Part shown: positions 11,260-23,495 of the stretch, one piece after another | Layout: each line of letters opens with the position of its first letter | How positions within the stretch are numbered: position 1 is the stretch's first letter | Assembly: GCA_043228905.1 (NCBI GenBank) | Contig: JBHGNT010000002.1 | Coordinates: forward strand, 25,916,001-25,980,000 | Direction: 5' to 3' | Source: Azolla caroliniana | Lineage: Eukaryota; Plantae; Polypodiophyta | DNA length: 64,000 bases | Made by a program: the position numbers and the translations under genes | Notes under the pieces: model-generated | Databases searched by the model: none | Seen by the model: only the letters and a program-made list of their open reading frames with translations | What the model was told of the DNA's origin: nothing

Positions 11260-14200
11260 TCAAACCTGTTCGGATGTGTCGACTTCCTTCGCCGACTCGG
11301 CTTCCTTTATCTTCTTGTCTCCTCTTCTTCCGGCTCTCCTCTTACCGACGGGTTCAACAGTTTGTTGGCCTTTGCTCGTTTCGGTAGAGACTTTGCCCTT
11401 GCTTCTCCCCCTCAAGTGCGGCACGTCGAGATGCTGAATACCAAGCATGTCGGTAAAGTGCTGCAAATTGTCCGATCCGAGCGGCTTGGTGAAGATGTCG
11501 GCAACTTGCTGATCCGTATGAACATACCGTAGGTCAACTTCACCGCTTAGGACCCGCTCACGCACGAAGTGGTAGTGCACCTCGATGTGCTTTGTGCGAG
11601 CATGGAACACGGGGTTCCTGGCGAGCTGTAGGCTGCTCATGTTATCGCAGTAAATCGGGATCGGGGTCGGTACCTCGATCCGCAAGTCTCGCAGGAGTCG
11701 CGGAAGCCAGATGGCTTCACAAGTGGCAACGGTAGCGGCCCGGTACTCAGCCTCAGTGCTTGACAAAGCCACTGTGGGTTGCTTCTTGCTGCTCCACACA
11801 ACGACCGCGCTACCTATGGAGAACATGTATCCGGAAGTGGAGCGGCGATCAGACGCATCGCCGGCCCAGTCAGCATCTGTGTAACCAACAAGCTCTTCGG
11901 GTATACCTCGCCGGTATAGCAGTCCCCGGTCCTTAGTGCCGCTGACATACCGTAATATTCGTTGCGCGCACTGAAGGTGCTCCACAGTCGGCTTCTGCAT
12001 GAACTGGCTTACCATGCCGACCGGATAGCTGATGTTGGGTCGGGTGATGGTTAAGTAGATCAGGCTTCCGACAGCCTGTCGGAACCGTTTCTCATTGCAG
12101 GCCGGTCCGGAGTTGGGATGGAGCTTCTGGTTCCGGTCCAGGGGTGTGGAGACAGGTCGGCACTCCGTCATGCCGAACTTATACAACATATTCAACACGT
12201 AATGTCGTTGTGAGAGCAATATGCCGTCGGGGGTCCGGATCACTTCGATCCCAAGAAAATAATGAAGGTCCCCGAGGTCCTTCATTTCGAATGCGTCCGA
12301 CAACTGGGACTTGACGCGGTTGATTTCGGGAAGACCCGGTCCGGTGATGACTAAATCATTCACATACAAGAGTATACATACCGGACCGTCAGAGCCTTGC
12401 CGGATGAACAACGAAGAGTCCGACTTAGAGACAGCAAACCCCAGCTTACGCAACCGGTGCGTGATCTTCACGTTCCAAGCTCGGGGGGTTTGCTTCAAGC
12501 CGTAAAGCGACTTCTTCAGTCGGCATACCGCCGACTTGTTCATCTCCGAGTGAAATCCGGGGGGCTGAGTCATAAAGACTTCTTCTTCAAGCTCTCCTTG
12601 AAGGAAGGCGTTCTTCACATCCATCTGGTGAAGATGCCACCCCCTTGTCGCAGCAACCGCCAGTACCACACGAACCGTCGTCATCTTCGCCACAGGAGCG
12701 AAGGTCTCGTCGTAGTTGATTCCGTGGGTCTGCGCGTATCCCTTCGCCACTAACCGGGCATTGTACCGGTTAACAAAACCGTCGACGTTGTACTTGACCT
12801 TGTACACCCACTTGCATCTGATCGGTCTACATTGACGGGGAGGATCAACTAGGTCCCAAGTTTCGTTGGCATCGAGTGCCTGCATTTCTTCGTCCATAGC
12901 GGCACGCCAATTTGTGTCCTTTGCCGCTTCTGCGTAGCTCTCCGGCTCATGCACTTCTGTCACCTTAGTCATGTACGCATAATGATGCGCCATGTTTTCA
13001 TTGTACCCGTACCGCATGACGGGATCCTTCTGGCGGGTTGATCGGCGCAACGCACCGTCACCTGATTTAAGGCCCTTCTTGGCTAGTTCGGTTTTCGTTG
13101 CCGAAGATCTACCTTTCTCCTTTCCAGAGTCGGATACGCACCGATCCGACTCATCGTTGCCGGTTTCGAATTCCGGCATCTTCCTCTTCCCTTTCTCTTT
13201 TCGCGTGAACCGTTTTCTCAGTTCCTTGCGCGGGGAGAGCACGGCAGAGTCTCCACTACTTGTCGTCTCTTCATCTGACTGGTCCAACCGACTCAGACGC
13301 CCGTTCGGTCCACTCAACCGAAATGATTCCGGACTCTCATCTTGAGTCCCGGCTTCATCATCCTCTGCCAGGGCTGATTCAGGCGCACTGGCCTGATCTT
13401 CTGGCATTGGGTCGGGATCGGAAGTCGGAGTCGGTAGGGAGTACCAGGATGCCGATTTGTCGAACTCGACATCCCGGCTAACTCGGACTTCCTTCGTCCG
13501 GGGGTTATAGCACTTATACCCCTTTTGCTCTTGAGCATAGCCGACTAGAATGCATTTTTCCGATTTTGCATCCAACTTTCTCCGCTTCTGATCCGGCACA
13601 TGCACATACGCTATGCTGCCGAATATCCGAAGGTGTCTTAAGTTCGGCTTGCGCCCGAAATACAGCTCATGAGCTGACACCTTGTCACCAATGCGGTTTT
13701 GTATGTAGACGGCCGTTTGGACCGCCTCCGCCGAGTAGAATCGGGGCATGCTCTTCTCCTCCAGCATTGTCCTTGCCGCATCGACGAGTGTCTGGTTCTT
13801 CCTTTCGGCCACACCGTTTTGCTCCGGTGTGTATCTGCAGCTGAACTCTCGCCGAATTCCCTTTTGCTGCAGATAACTAGTGAATTGGCCGGAAAAATAT
13901 TCCTTTCCGCCATCCGACCGAAGGCATTTGATCTTCCTCTCTGATTCCCGTTCCACCATCTTCTGGAGGCTCCAGAAATAGTCGAAGACTTCGCTCTTCC
14001 GCTCAATGAGGTAGATCCAAGTATGTCGAGTATAGTCGTCGATGAAGGAGACAAAGTACCGGCTCCCGCCAAGGCTTACACTTTGTGCCGGTCCCCACAC
14101 ATCCGAATGGATGAGATCGAGCTTGTTACGGCTCCGGTTCCGTTCGGTGGGGAATGGAAGCCGGTGTTGCTTCCCAAGTTGGCAGGCTTCACAAATTTCG

Positions 14201-15684
14201 GCTCTCCGGCCGCTGAACTTTGGCAAACCGAAAACAACTTGTTTCGTTTGCAGGTCTTGAAGCCTCCGGTAGTTGACATGGCCTATCCGCTTGTGCCATA
14301 GGTCGATGTCCGACTCGACCTTCTGTCGTTTCGCGAATAGAGCGGTGCCAATGTCATTGGTGTTGAGGATAAACATCCTCCCGTCTCTGCGCCCTTGCGC
14401 AAGGACTTCGCCCTCATCCTCAATGAAGCACCCTAGGTGCGTAAACCGCACCTGCATCCCCTGGTCGACAATCTGACCGACGGACACCAGGTTCTTCGTG
14501 ATCGTTGGAACGTGTAATACGTTCATCAGCTTCCCTTTCTGTCTAACGTGGCTTAGAGGGACTTCTCCGACGTGCACGATTGGGTGTGGAGTGTCATCTC
14601 CGGTTTCGACTACTCCTGGTTGATCCGGTTTCTCCAGAAAGGACAACCACTCTTTGTGGCTCGTCATGTGGTTCGACGCGCCGGAATCAACATACCACAC
14701 TTCCTCCGTTTTTGAAGTGGTCTTCTTCATTGAGTTTGCCTTGTGATTCATCACCAAGGCTGGCCCTTTACCGGCCTTTCCGGTTCCGGATCCTCCTGAT
14801 CCGTTTGCGTAGTGCGAGTTTTGCCGGCCATCCTTACCGGTCTTGCCGAATCCGAATTTGTCCGAATCGGCACGCTTTCTCCAGCACTCGCTTTCCCTGT
14901 GGCCTTTTCTTCCACAGTACCAGCATTCTGTAGCGGATTTGTCTTGTCGGCCTCCGGCACCGCCTTGACTCCCCCTGCTTGTGGAAGTCCCGGAACTGCT
15001 GTCGGCACACTCATAGTGCCTCCGTTCCTGCTCTTGCCGGCCGCCTCCATTGCGTGCCGACCCTCCTCTTCCACCACGCCCACGGAACCGATCCGTTCCC
15101 GTGTACAACATTCGGCTGTCCGGGGATGCACTAGTAGATGCACCGGCGTGGTTCTCCTCTACAAGGAGCATCTCCCTTGTACACACTTCAGTCCGGAACG
15201 CTCCAAACTTGGACGCCAGGCCTCCGAGACATACCTGCACCATCTCGTCTTCCTCTACGGTAACATTGATAGAGGCGAGTGAGTCGCAAATCTCCTTTAT
15301 CCGGCCCGTGTAGTCTGCCACAGACATGTTCTTCTGTCGAACATTGCTCAACTCCTGTCTGAGTTGTAGCTTCCGGGCAGTGGTGCTTGTGGCGAAAACC
15401 TTTTTCAGGTTCCCCCAAGCATCCTTCGGTGTCTTGGCGTCACGGATGTGGCTGAGCAGCTGATCGCCGACACTGGATTCGAAGCAGTACATCACCCTGC
15501 TTGCCGCCTGTTCCCATACCGGGAAGTCCTTGTGTGTCGAGTCTGGCACCGCATCATTCGCTCCTTCAACATAACTCCAGTACCCGTGTCCAAGCAGATA
15601 CTGGTGCATCTTGTAAGACTAGGATGCGTAGTTGCTCCTGTCGAGCTTTTCCACCGGGAGCGACGTAGCCATGCCTCTATCCAT
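11260..15684 (-). CDS. gag-pol: Copia Gag-Pol polyprotein (gag, CCHC, protease, integrase, RT, RNase H), probably defective
   Basis: Motifs CWYCGRKGHRESEC, WYVDSGAS, LIHSDVWGP, RSDGGKEY, QMDVKNAFL, YVND (canonical YVDD), YTDADWAG, RTKHIEV. The likely start ATG at 15684 is followed by an in-frame TAG at 15619-15621 (NYAS*SYKM). Confidence 0.95.
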
Positions 15685-15777
15685 GTCTTCTACTGTGTCT
15701 GTTTCGACCTGTTAGGGTTTTCTTCTCAAGAGTAAATGTCTGCAGCAGAGGTTCTCAACCCTCGCGCTCTGATACCA

Positions 15778-16189
15778 TGTAAACGTAAGTGTTTGCAGAA
15801 GCGTAAAGACAGAGAACAACACAGAGAGAGAGAGACAGAGAGACAGAGAGACAGAGAGAGCAGAACGCAATTTCAAAATTATATCAAGACTCTGCATTTA
15901 CACTGTGCTAAGTAGCACTATTTATACAAGTCCTCTTGGGACTGACAGAAGTACCATGTACTTCAATGCTCACACGAGCATCTGACACTTACTACGAGAC
16001 TATAGATACCTAGTAGTCTATCCTATTCTAGGCTTCCGATTGGACTGCCGGTTACGGATTGCACCCGGCCTCCACTGCTTGCCGGTTCGGTTGCTCACCG
16101 TCATACCGATCCGTTTCGCCCTATCCGTCTCGCTTACCGGCTCCGACTTATTCAGCCGATCCGGCTCCGGTTGAGCTTGCCGCTCAACA
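15778..16189 (-). repeat. 5' LTR of copia element
   Basis: TGTAAACG...CTCAACA, adjacent to the PBS at 15764-15777. Confidence 0.97.
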
Positions 16190-17189
16190 CGAGTGAACTC
16201 ACATCAAGGTTGCTTTGTGACTTTTGTAGATCCTTGTGTAGGCAAGCTTATCAAGTTGATGGACCTTGCTTAATCACCATCAAAACTCTCACATTTGTCA
16301 GCATGCTTTGGTAGCTTATCCTTGCCATTATCAAATTGGGCATTTCATAGTGTTGCACCACAAAATATTGTAGTCAAGTCTCATGAACTCATGAAACTTT
16401 GTTGTGGCTACTTTGTTGTGGCGTGCATTTGCATGAGAAATGACGAAGGCTTCCTTCACTCTTTTGAAGAACATTGTGAATTTCTTGGACTAAAGACATC
16501 AAATCTTTCGGCTAATTCTTTTCTTCACAAGGCTTTTCTAGTTGTGAAAGTGAGTAAAGTTTTCAGTCTTCATATGCATTGGGTTGACAAATGTGTAGTA
16601 AGAACATTTGTCTTTGAAAGTGACGTAGTATCTATACCAATTGAATGAACTTGTTATATACATAACCTGAAACATATGAAAGGTTGATATTTGGGAGGGA
16701 GTCCTTTGCTCATGTTTTCCTCCATCAGAAATGGATAACAATGTTACTTCTTATCAACACAATTCACACACACGCACTTCTCATCTCTTCTAGAGTTTCT
16801 TCCTCCACTAACTCTCTTATGCTACAGTTGGGAGTCCTCATTTTGTGAATACTCCTTGCCCAAATTTTGGTGGCTATGACCATCGTTTGAGCATGTGTCC
16901 ACCCTTTGAGTGATCATGCCCATGTTTTCTGTGCCACCATCATGAGTTTCTTCTACTAATAGCATTTATTGCAACTAAAGATGCATTGAAACATTGTCAA
17001 AGGACACCAAGACAAATATCCACCATATTCTCATCCTTATCTTCCTAGCAATTTAAGGTGAGTGATGTTGGCCTAGGAGTATGATCCAAAGGAGAAGTGT
17101 GGACGGGGAAGATTCGGATGAATAATGTAAATATTAGTTAGTAATTTTATAGGAATGGACAGATCCGGATAGTTGTACCAATCCGGATC

Positions 17190-17300
17190 TGCACCGAAGA
17201 ATTTCGAAAACCTAAGGGCATCCGAGGAATTTCAAAACCTGAGGGTATATGAATAGAAATTTTAAAAACTTGAGGGTAGAAGACTAATTTTAAAAACTCA
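17190..17300. repeat. Short degenerate tandem repeat (~27-31 bp, 4 units)
   Basis: gaattt(c/t)(g/a)aaaac(c/t)t(a/g)aggg is repeated. Confidence 0.6.
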
Positions 17301-17859
17301 TCAACTTTGAGGAATTGGATGAGATCGACTCACAACTCATAAAATAAAAGGAAGAACCCCCCCACCCCACAATGCTTCTCAATGCACATCGCAATCATGC
17401 CACAATCACGTCATCACCCTGCAATGATCAACAACCATCATACCGTTTATCATCAACCCTAACCCTAAAACATACAACAAGTGAATCACACAATCGCTTT
17501 ATATTGAGGGTGTAAAAGTTTAAAGGACATATCCTAGATGGATTTGAAGTGTTCCCTTGAGGTTCAATCATGCCTCCATTGGTGTATTTGCATCCCTCAC
17601 ATACCCTAGCATGTGGTATTGTATACATAAGGCAATACATTCCATGGTTCTCTCCTTGCTACTATCCACAATAGTCAAGTATCTCTAATAGGCTTCTCCA
17701 ACATAATATTTCCACAATATCTAATTCTTGTAGTGAAGTTTCTTCCTTAGAAGAGAGCGCCCCGTTTGTTGTTTCACTAAAAGATTATAAGTTATGTTGA
17801 TAAGATGGGAGAAAATTACAATAAGGCTATAGACGTAATAATCAATGTAAATGAACTAT

Positions 17860-18360
17860 AATCAACACTCTATACAAAAGAGAGGACTAGGGCTTTGTTA
17901 ACATATACTCTTTATGGCTTCTAAAAGTGCACTAACTTCAGGATACTACCAGCAGGTGGCACTGTAGGAGTGTTAATAGGCACAGAAACTCGCAATGGAA
18001 TCATGAGTAACAGGCTGCTAGAAGACAATATTGAGCTTGGAAAGGCTTTGTTGGACATATGCTATATGTGGATAGGTGGATCATGGCTCAACAGAGATTT
18101 TTTGTGTGGTTTACTTGGTGAGGTATAAGAAATATTTTCAGCTTTGATTTCGAGATACAAGGATGTGGGATGCACTGATTTTGGCCTTGAAAAGTTTGCC
18201 AAGGTGGCAGTGAAAGAGTGATTGACATGCATAAAAAATCATTGTTATGAGTAAGAGGCGATTAGAAGACAATATTGAGCTTGGGAATGCTTTGTTGGAT
18301 ATGTATACTATATGTGCCAATCTTGAAAAAACACAAAAAACAGTCGATGATATTTCAGTT
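17860..18360 (+). pseudogene. PLS-class pentatricopeptide-repeat (PPR) pseudogene fragment
   Basis: Two repeats translate as RLLEDNIELGKALLD and RRLEDNIELGNALLDMYTICANLEKTQK, matching the PPR 'LGNALVDMYAKCG' motif. Frameshifts and stops present. Confidence 0.7.
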
Positions 18361-18424
18361 CGAGATGTAAATGATTTTCTTGCAAAAAAACATGTTCTCT
18401 TGTGAAATGCATCTATTACAAGAT

Positions 18425-18956
18425 CGTTGCGGAATATAAATCACAATGAACAGACAATGCTGAAATACGAATCACAAGGAAAATGCCAAAGAAAAGACAA
18501 GACAAACCAGAGTGCACAGAGATTTACGTGGAAACCCTAAAACAGGGAAAACCACGAGTGAACAAATTTCTTCACTATACAAAGTGGATATACAACATTG
18601 AGAGGAATACAACACTCTACCGAGTGCATCAACCGCACAGGGCTCTTCACGTCTGCTATTACGCACACAACTATGGAGCAGCTCACACTCACACTCTCTG
18701 TCTCTAACTATTCTGCGCATACACACAGTTTTCTGTTCATATCAACTCTAACAGTTTGCCCTAGTTGCATATATACTTACGCAACTTTTGGGTTATTTAC
18801 ATAGGTAGCCCTCATGGGGCGCACACTTAGACTATTTACAATTATAGTCTCCCGAGTTGGCTATTTACACGATTCCGGTTTCGGCCAACTCGGCTCCTGT
18901 CTTCCGACTCTTCGACTATCGGATCATCCTCCCACTAGAGGGAAATATTCCCAACA
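18425..18956 (-). mobile_element. Probable solo LTR (copia-like)
   Basis: Inverted ends (c)GTTGCGGAATAT...ATATTCCCAACA and an internal GATTTACGTGG motif of the kind seen in copia LTRs. Flanks AAGAT/AAGCA are only an imperfect TSD. Confidence 0.55.
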
Positions 18957-19297
18957 AAGCATGGATCAACGAAGATTGGTACTATAAAGGTGGAGCAATA
19001 ATTGAAGCATGAGCACAGTTTGAGAGTTTATTGCTGATGGAAAGAAATGGGTGATCCTTAGGATGTTCGCGAAAGTAATGGAAGGATGTACTTGATAGGT
19101 TGTACTTGATAGATTTTTTTACTTGATAGGTTTTTTTAAATTAATGGAAGGATATTTTGTTTTGGAAAAAAAAAACATATCCTCTTTATGCAAGTAGCTA
19201 AAGAAGTTAGGACCAATCTAGTTATAAATTGGAGATGGAGTGGAATATCGAAGGTATCCACTTCATGTAATGCAAAACCATCTACCATTCACAACGT

Positions 19298-19935
19298 TGT
19301 CGAGGTATTCCTCGCGGATGCGTGGAATGAGGCGGGACCTCGGGGGTCCTGTACCGAAGAGCAAGAGAGAAAAGAGAAGAGACCCACTACGTGCGAGCGT
19401 AGATTCACAGGGACACGGCCCTTCGACACAAAGACGCGAGTGGGACAGCGACACAGAGAGACACGACGGTATGTATGTATTAACAAAGACAACAACAAGA
19501 ACACGAAAGCAACAAAAACACGAAGTCGGTTACAACCGAACAGGCCGGCGAACAGATGCTGATGCCTGTTCGTAAATGTACAGAAAGAAAGGAGCAGGTT
19601 GGAGGTGCTGCCGGAAGCACTCGGGCATTCCTCAGAGCAGCGCGAGCCTCCCGAAACCTGCACAGAAAGAAGCTATGGAGTTTGCGAGCCAGAGAGAGAG
19701 AGAAGCCTTCGCACACAAACCGACAGCACTTCGTCCTCGACTCTCCGCGATCCCTTCCTCCTCCTCGTCTCCCTCCTTTTATAGGCAAGGAAGGAGCCGT
19801 TTCCCCTTTACTTCCCACCTACCGAATCTACCTGCCTAGGATCTCCTATGTACAACATAAGGCACACGTGCATGAAGAGCCGGTTCCTACGCTCCGGTGC
19901 ACCGATTCCGCTTGTGGACGGTTTTCTTCACGACA
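19298..19935 (-). repeat. 3' LTR of gypsy element
   Basis: TGTCGAGG...CACGACA, near-identical to 25653-26290. Confidence 0.97.
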
Positions 19936-19949
19936 TCCGCCCCCACCTA

Positions 19950-22900
19950 ACCGCGCATCCACCGGCATGCGCCAAGTTGTGTTGGGACGGAGAAAACCGG
20001 TCCAGCCTTCACTCCCCGCCCATCGGTTCTTCCTCGGTTTCGGATCGTTCATCGTCGCGGTCCAGGTTAACGGATCCGGCTCGTCGTCGTGACGCTTCTT
20101 GAACGCTTTGATCCGCTTCCCAGCTACCGGTATCGCCATTCTCGTACCGTCGAGTTCCGCCAGATGGTACGTCCCGTTGTCGTTGGCGCTTTGTACCACG
20201 TAAGGCCCGAACCACCTTCTTGCGAACTTCCGTGTCGCTCGGTGCTGGTTGTCGGGGTTGCTGTCGTAGACTAACACCCAGTCGCCTTCCTCGATTTTCT
20301 TCGGTCGGAGCCGGTGCGTTCGGTCGAACCGGGCTTTGTTCCTCGTCCTTGCCACCCGAAGCTTTTCCGCGGCCTGCTCCACGTCCTCCGGTCTTCGCTC
20401 GAGCTGTCGTATGCGCGCCGTCAACAGTTCCTCCCGGCTCATCTCGTCTCTCCAGTCCACGGATGCCCATGAGGAGATCGTTCGTTCCATCGGCATGATC
20501 AGCTTCTGCCCAAACATGAGCTCTGCCGGCATGAATCCGGTTACCGAACTGTGTGTAGTTCGGTCAGCCCACAACGCGTAAGGCAGCAGTCGTGGCCAGT
20601 TCCCGACTTGCCCTCCGCATGCCCGAACTAACGCCTTGACGATCGGTCCGTGTCCGCGCTCCACCTTTCCATTCGCCTCCGGATTGTACGCAGTGGTAAG
20701 CGAGAGCTTGACTCCTAGCCAGTCGAACAGCTCCTCGGCCTCTTCGGCATCCAACTCCCCGCGATCAGCCACGATCTTCCCGACGCACCCGTACCGGCAT
20801 ATCACGGCCTCAATCAGGAACCGACATACGGTCACGGTCGTTTTGTTCTGAAGGGCTCGGCCTTCTACCTAGTTCGTCATATCTTCCCGAGCCAGGACCA
20901 GATACCGCATCTGTCCTACTCCCATCGGCATCGTCACCAGGTCTACCATCCATTTGAAGTGGATGGTCGGAGGGTACGTAGGGTGAAGCTCGTCCTGATG
21001 TCGGACTACGGAGTGCATCTGACAGCTCTCGCAAGTTGTCACGAACCGATGCACGTCCCGGTACAGTCTCGGCCACCAGTACTTCCCCTTTATCTTCTCG
21101 AACGTCGTCCAGCCCAAGGACTGTCGTGGTAGGCCGTCAGCAGCTCCTCCTATTCTTCCTTCATCGCCACCACCCGGAGCGGGACGTCGTTTCTCTTCTT
21201 CGGGTGCTTCCATAAGTATCCGTCCCGGAGAAAGAATCGGTATGCTTTCTTCCGGATCCGGTTAGCCTCATCCCTTGTCCATGACGCATCCGGCGTCATT
21301 GTCCTCAAAAACCCACCGATCTGTAGCCACTCGCCGTCGTACTTGCTCTCGTCGAAGCCGTTAAGTGCCGGAGTGCTCGCCCCATCGGTCGTCACGTACG
21401 CCGCCTCGAAGAAGTCCACGCCGACTTCTTCGTCCTCCGAAACCATGCCGCCCTCGTCATCAAACCTCGCCCTCGAAAGCATGTCGGCCATGGCGTTGTC
21501 TTTTCCGGAAATGTGTCGTATTTCCGAGTCCAGGGACTTGATGTATGCTATCCACTTGAGCATCGCCAGGTCCGGTGTCGCGCATCCGGAAACCATGCCA
21601 AGAATTGGCAGGCAATCCGTCTCGATAATCACTTCTGTCCCGATCAGGTAGTCTTTGTCGGCCTTTATCGCTGAAACGATACCCCAGAGTTCGCGTTTAA
21701 CCTGGGCGTACCCTCGCTATCGCTCACTGAGGACCTTCGCGCCGAATCGGATCGGGAACCGAATGCCGTCCTCGTCTTCTTGGTTGACGACCCATCCGAT
21801 TCCGGTCGGACTCGTATCCACCGTTATGTATACCGGGGTACCCTTCTCATAGATAGCCTTCCAGAGCGCCGGTGCTGCCGCAAGAGCTTCCTTCAGCTTC
21901 CGGACCGACTCCGTGTGCTTGTTTCGCCATTCGAATCTTCGCCCTTTCTTCAGCAACCCGTATAGCGGCTCCGCAACGTGGGCGTAATGCGGGATCCATA
22001 TGTGGTAGAACGCGCATGCCCCCAGGAACCTCCGAACTTCCGTAACCGAGCTACAGTCGGTCTTCATCGCGGAGATGGCTTCTACCTTTGCCGGAGACGG
22101 CTTCCGGCCATATGGTCCACATAGGTGTCCGACCACCAGGATTTCTGATTGCCCGAAGGCCGATTTCTCCCCGGAGAAGGTGAGCTTCGCATCCTCTAGC
22201 CTTTGTAGCACCTTCTCGCAGTCGTCGATGTGTGCTGCCACGAATCGCCGGCATCCGTCCAGCCCGAGTGTCTCGTCCTTCTCTTCCACCGGGCACCCCT
22301 TGATCGGGATGTCGTCTAGAAACGGCATGGTGATGTCCGGGATACAATCCCTTAGTACCTTGTTCATTGCATTCACCATGTGGGCTACCGAGTTAGTCCC
22401 TCCTTGTGGCAGGGTACACATTCGCACTAGGCCGAGGGGAGTTCGCATCGTCGTAATGTCTCTGCTCTCCACGGCTAGCTGGAACTGGTCGTACCCCGAG
22501 TACAGATCACCGACCGAGTAAATCGACCTTCCGGCGAAGGCCTCCGCGAACTCGTCTATGGTCGTTCCGATTCCTGCGTTCCGAATGGTCACTCTGTTGA
22601 CCGGCTGCAGGTCTTGAATGAAGCGCAACGTTCCGTTTTTCTTTGGTACGGTAAACCATCGGTTCGAGTATGGGGCACTCGACGGTTCGAGAATGCCCAT
22701 ATCGACTTTCTGCCTCAGTAGCTCCATCAACTCCGGGATGTGAGCTCTTGGTACCAGAATCGGCTTGAGATTCCACGGCACATGCGGTACCATGAATATC
22801 ACCATCGGCTCCACGATTGTCGGGTCTACGCACCCGATCTCTTCCGGCGAGAATGCGAAGGCTTTCCCGTGCCTTCCGAGCATTCTCCGAAACCGGTCTT

Positions 22901-23491
22901 CCTCCGCCGGCAGTAGGAACCCGCCCCCACCGATCTTGAGCTCCTGGAGCATCCCGTCGGTGAAGGTGTGTCCTATGCAGGCCGGATCTCGTAAACTGGG
23001 GTCCGACGCAACCCCTCTGATTCGGGACTCGCTGCCCTCCGGTAAGGGTGCCGCGACTGGCCTTACCTTCCGGTCCACAGTCTTGTACTTCGTGCTAACT
23101 CGGGCCGTCCGATCCGACCCGAGCCCCCGACTAAAGTTCGCAATGACTTCGTACATCTCTTCGGAACATACTGGTATCATCCGGTCTTTGGTAAGGTCTT
23201 CTCCGGCTACCTTCCTCAGCATTCCCAAGGTGTCGTCGAAGGAGACCGCCTCCACGGCTCCGCTGATTTCCTCGTCCGGGCCGAGAACTCCGCACGCTCG
23301 AAGTTGCACTTCCACCCTTGTCTTTTCTCGGCCAACGATGTCGTCTATCATACACCCTCCGTTGTCGGAGAAGCAAAATTTCCTACCTATTGTACAGGGT
23401 TCCTTCGGTTTCGGTTCTATTGTACAGTCGTGGGGTCTTTCCCGAGTGTTCGGGCTGTCTCGGCCCCACGCCTTGGCAGCCCTTTCTAAAA
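19950..23491 (-). pseudogene. pol: Gypsy pol (RT, RNase H, integrase) with premature stops and frameshifts
   Basis: Motifs RFIQDLQPVN, DLYSGYDQF, LPQGGTNS, PFLDD, VDTSPTG, ETDCLP, CESCQ, WMVDL, ADRGE, NGKVERGH, WFGPY. In-frame TAGs at 21717, 21150 and 20869. Confidence 0.93.
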
Positions 23492-23495
23492 ATCC
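23429..23495 (-). promoter_or_regulatory. Predicted programmed -1 ribosomal frameshift signal (slippery heptamer plus pseudoknot)
   Basis: G_GAT_TTT at 23495-23489, then a 6-nt spacer TAGAAA, stem 1 GGGCTG/CAGCCC and stem 2 CGTGGGG/CCCCACG. The -1 frame is open into RT. Confidence 0.7.

Larger units (their letters stand above)
10246..16189 (-). mobile_element. Full-length Ty1/copia LTR retrotransposon
   Basis: LTRs at 10246-10677 and 15778-16189 (TG...CA). 5-bp TSD CGAGT at 10241-10245 and 16190-16194. PBS TGGTATCAGAGC (tRNA-iMet) abuts the 5' LTR, and PPT TTGAGGGGGAG abuts the 3' LTR. Confidence 0.98.

Noticed and set aside
10888-15735. Many overlapping plus-strand and alternate-frame ORFs in the copia element
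   Set aside because: Shadow ORFs expected in GC-rich coding DNA, with no motifs of their own
16200-16800. Possible older retroelement hosting the copia insertion (with 9790-10240)
   Set aside because: No diagnostic motif could be read with confidence
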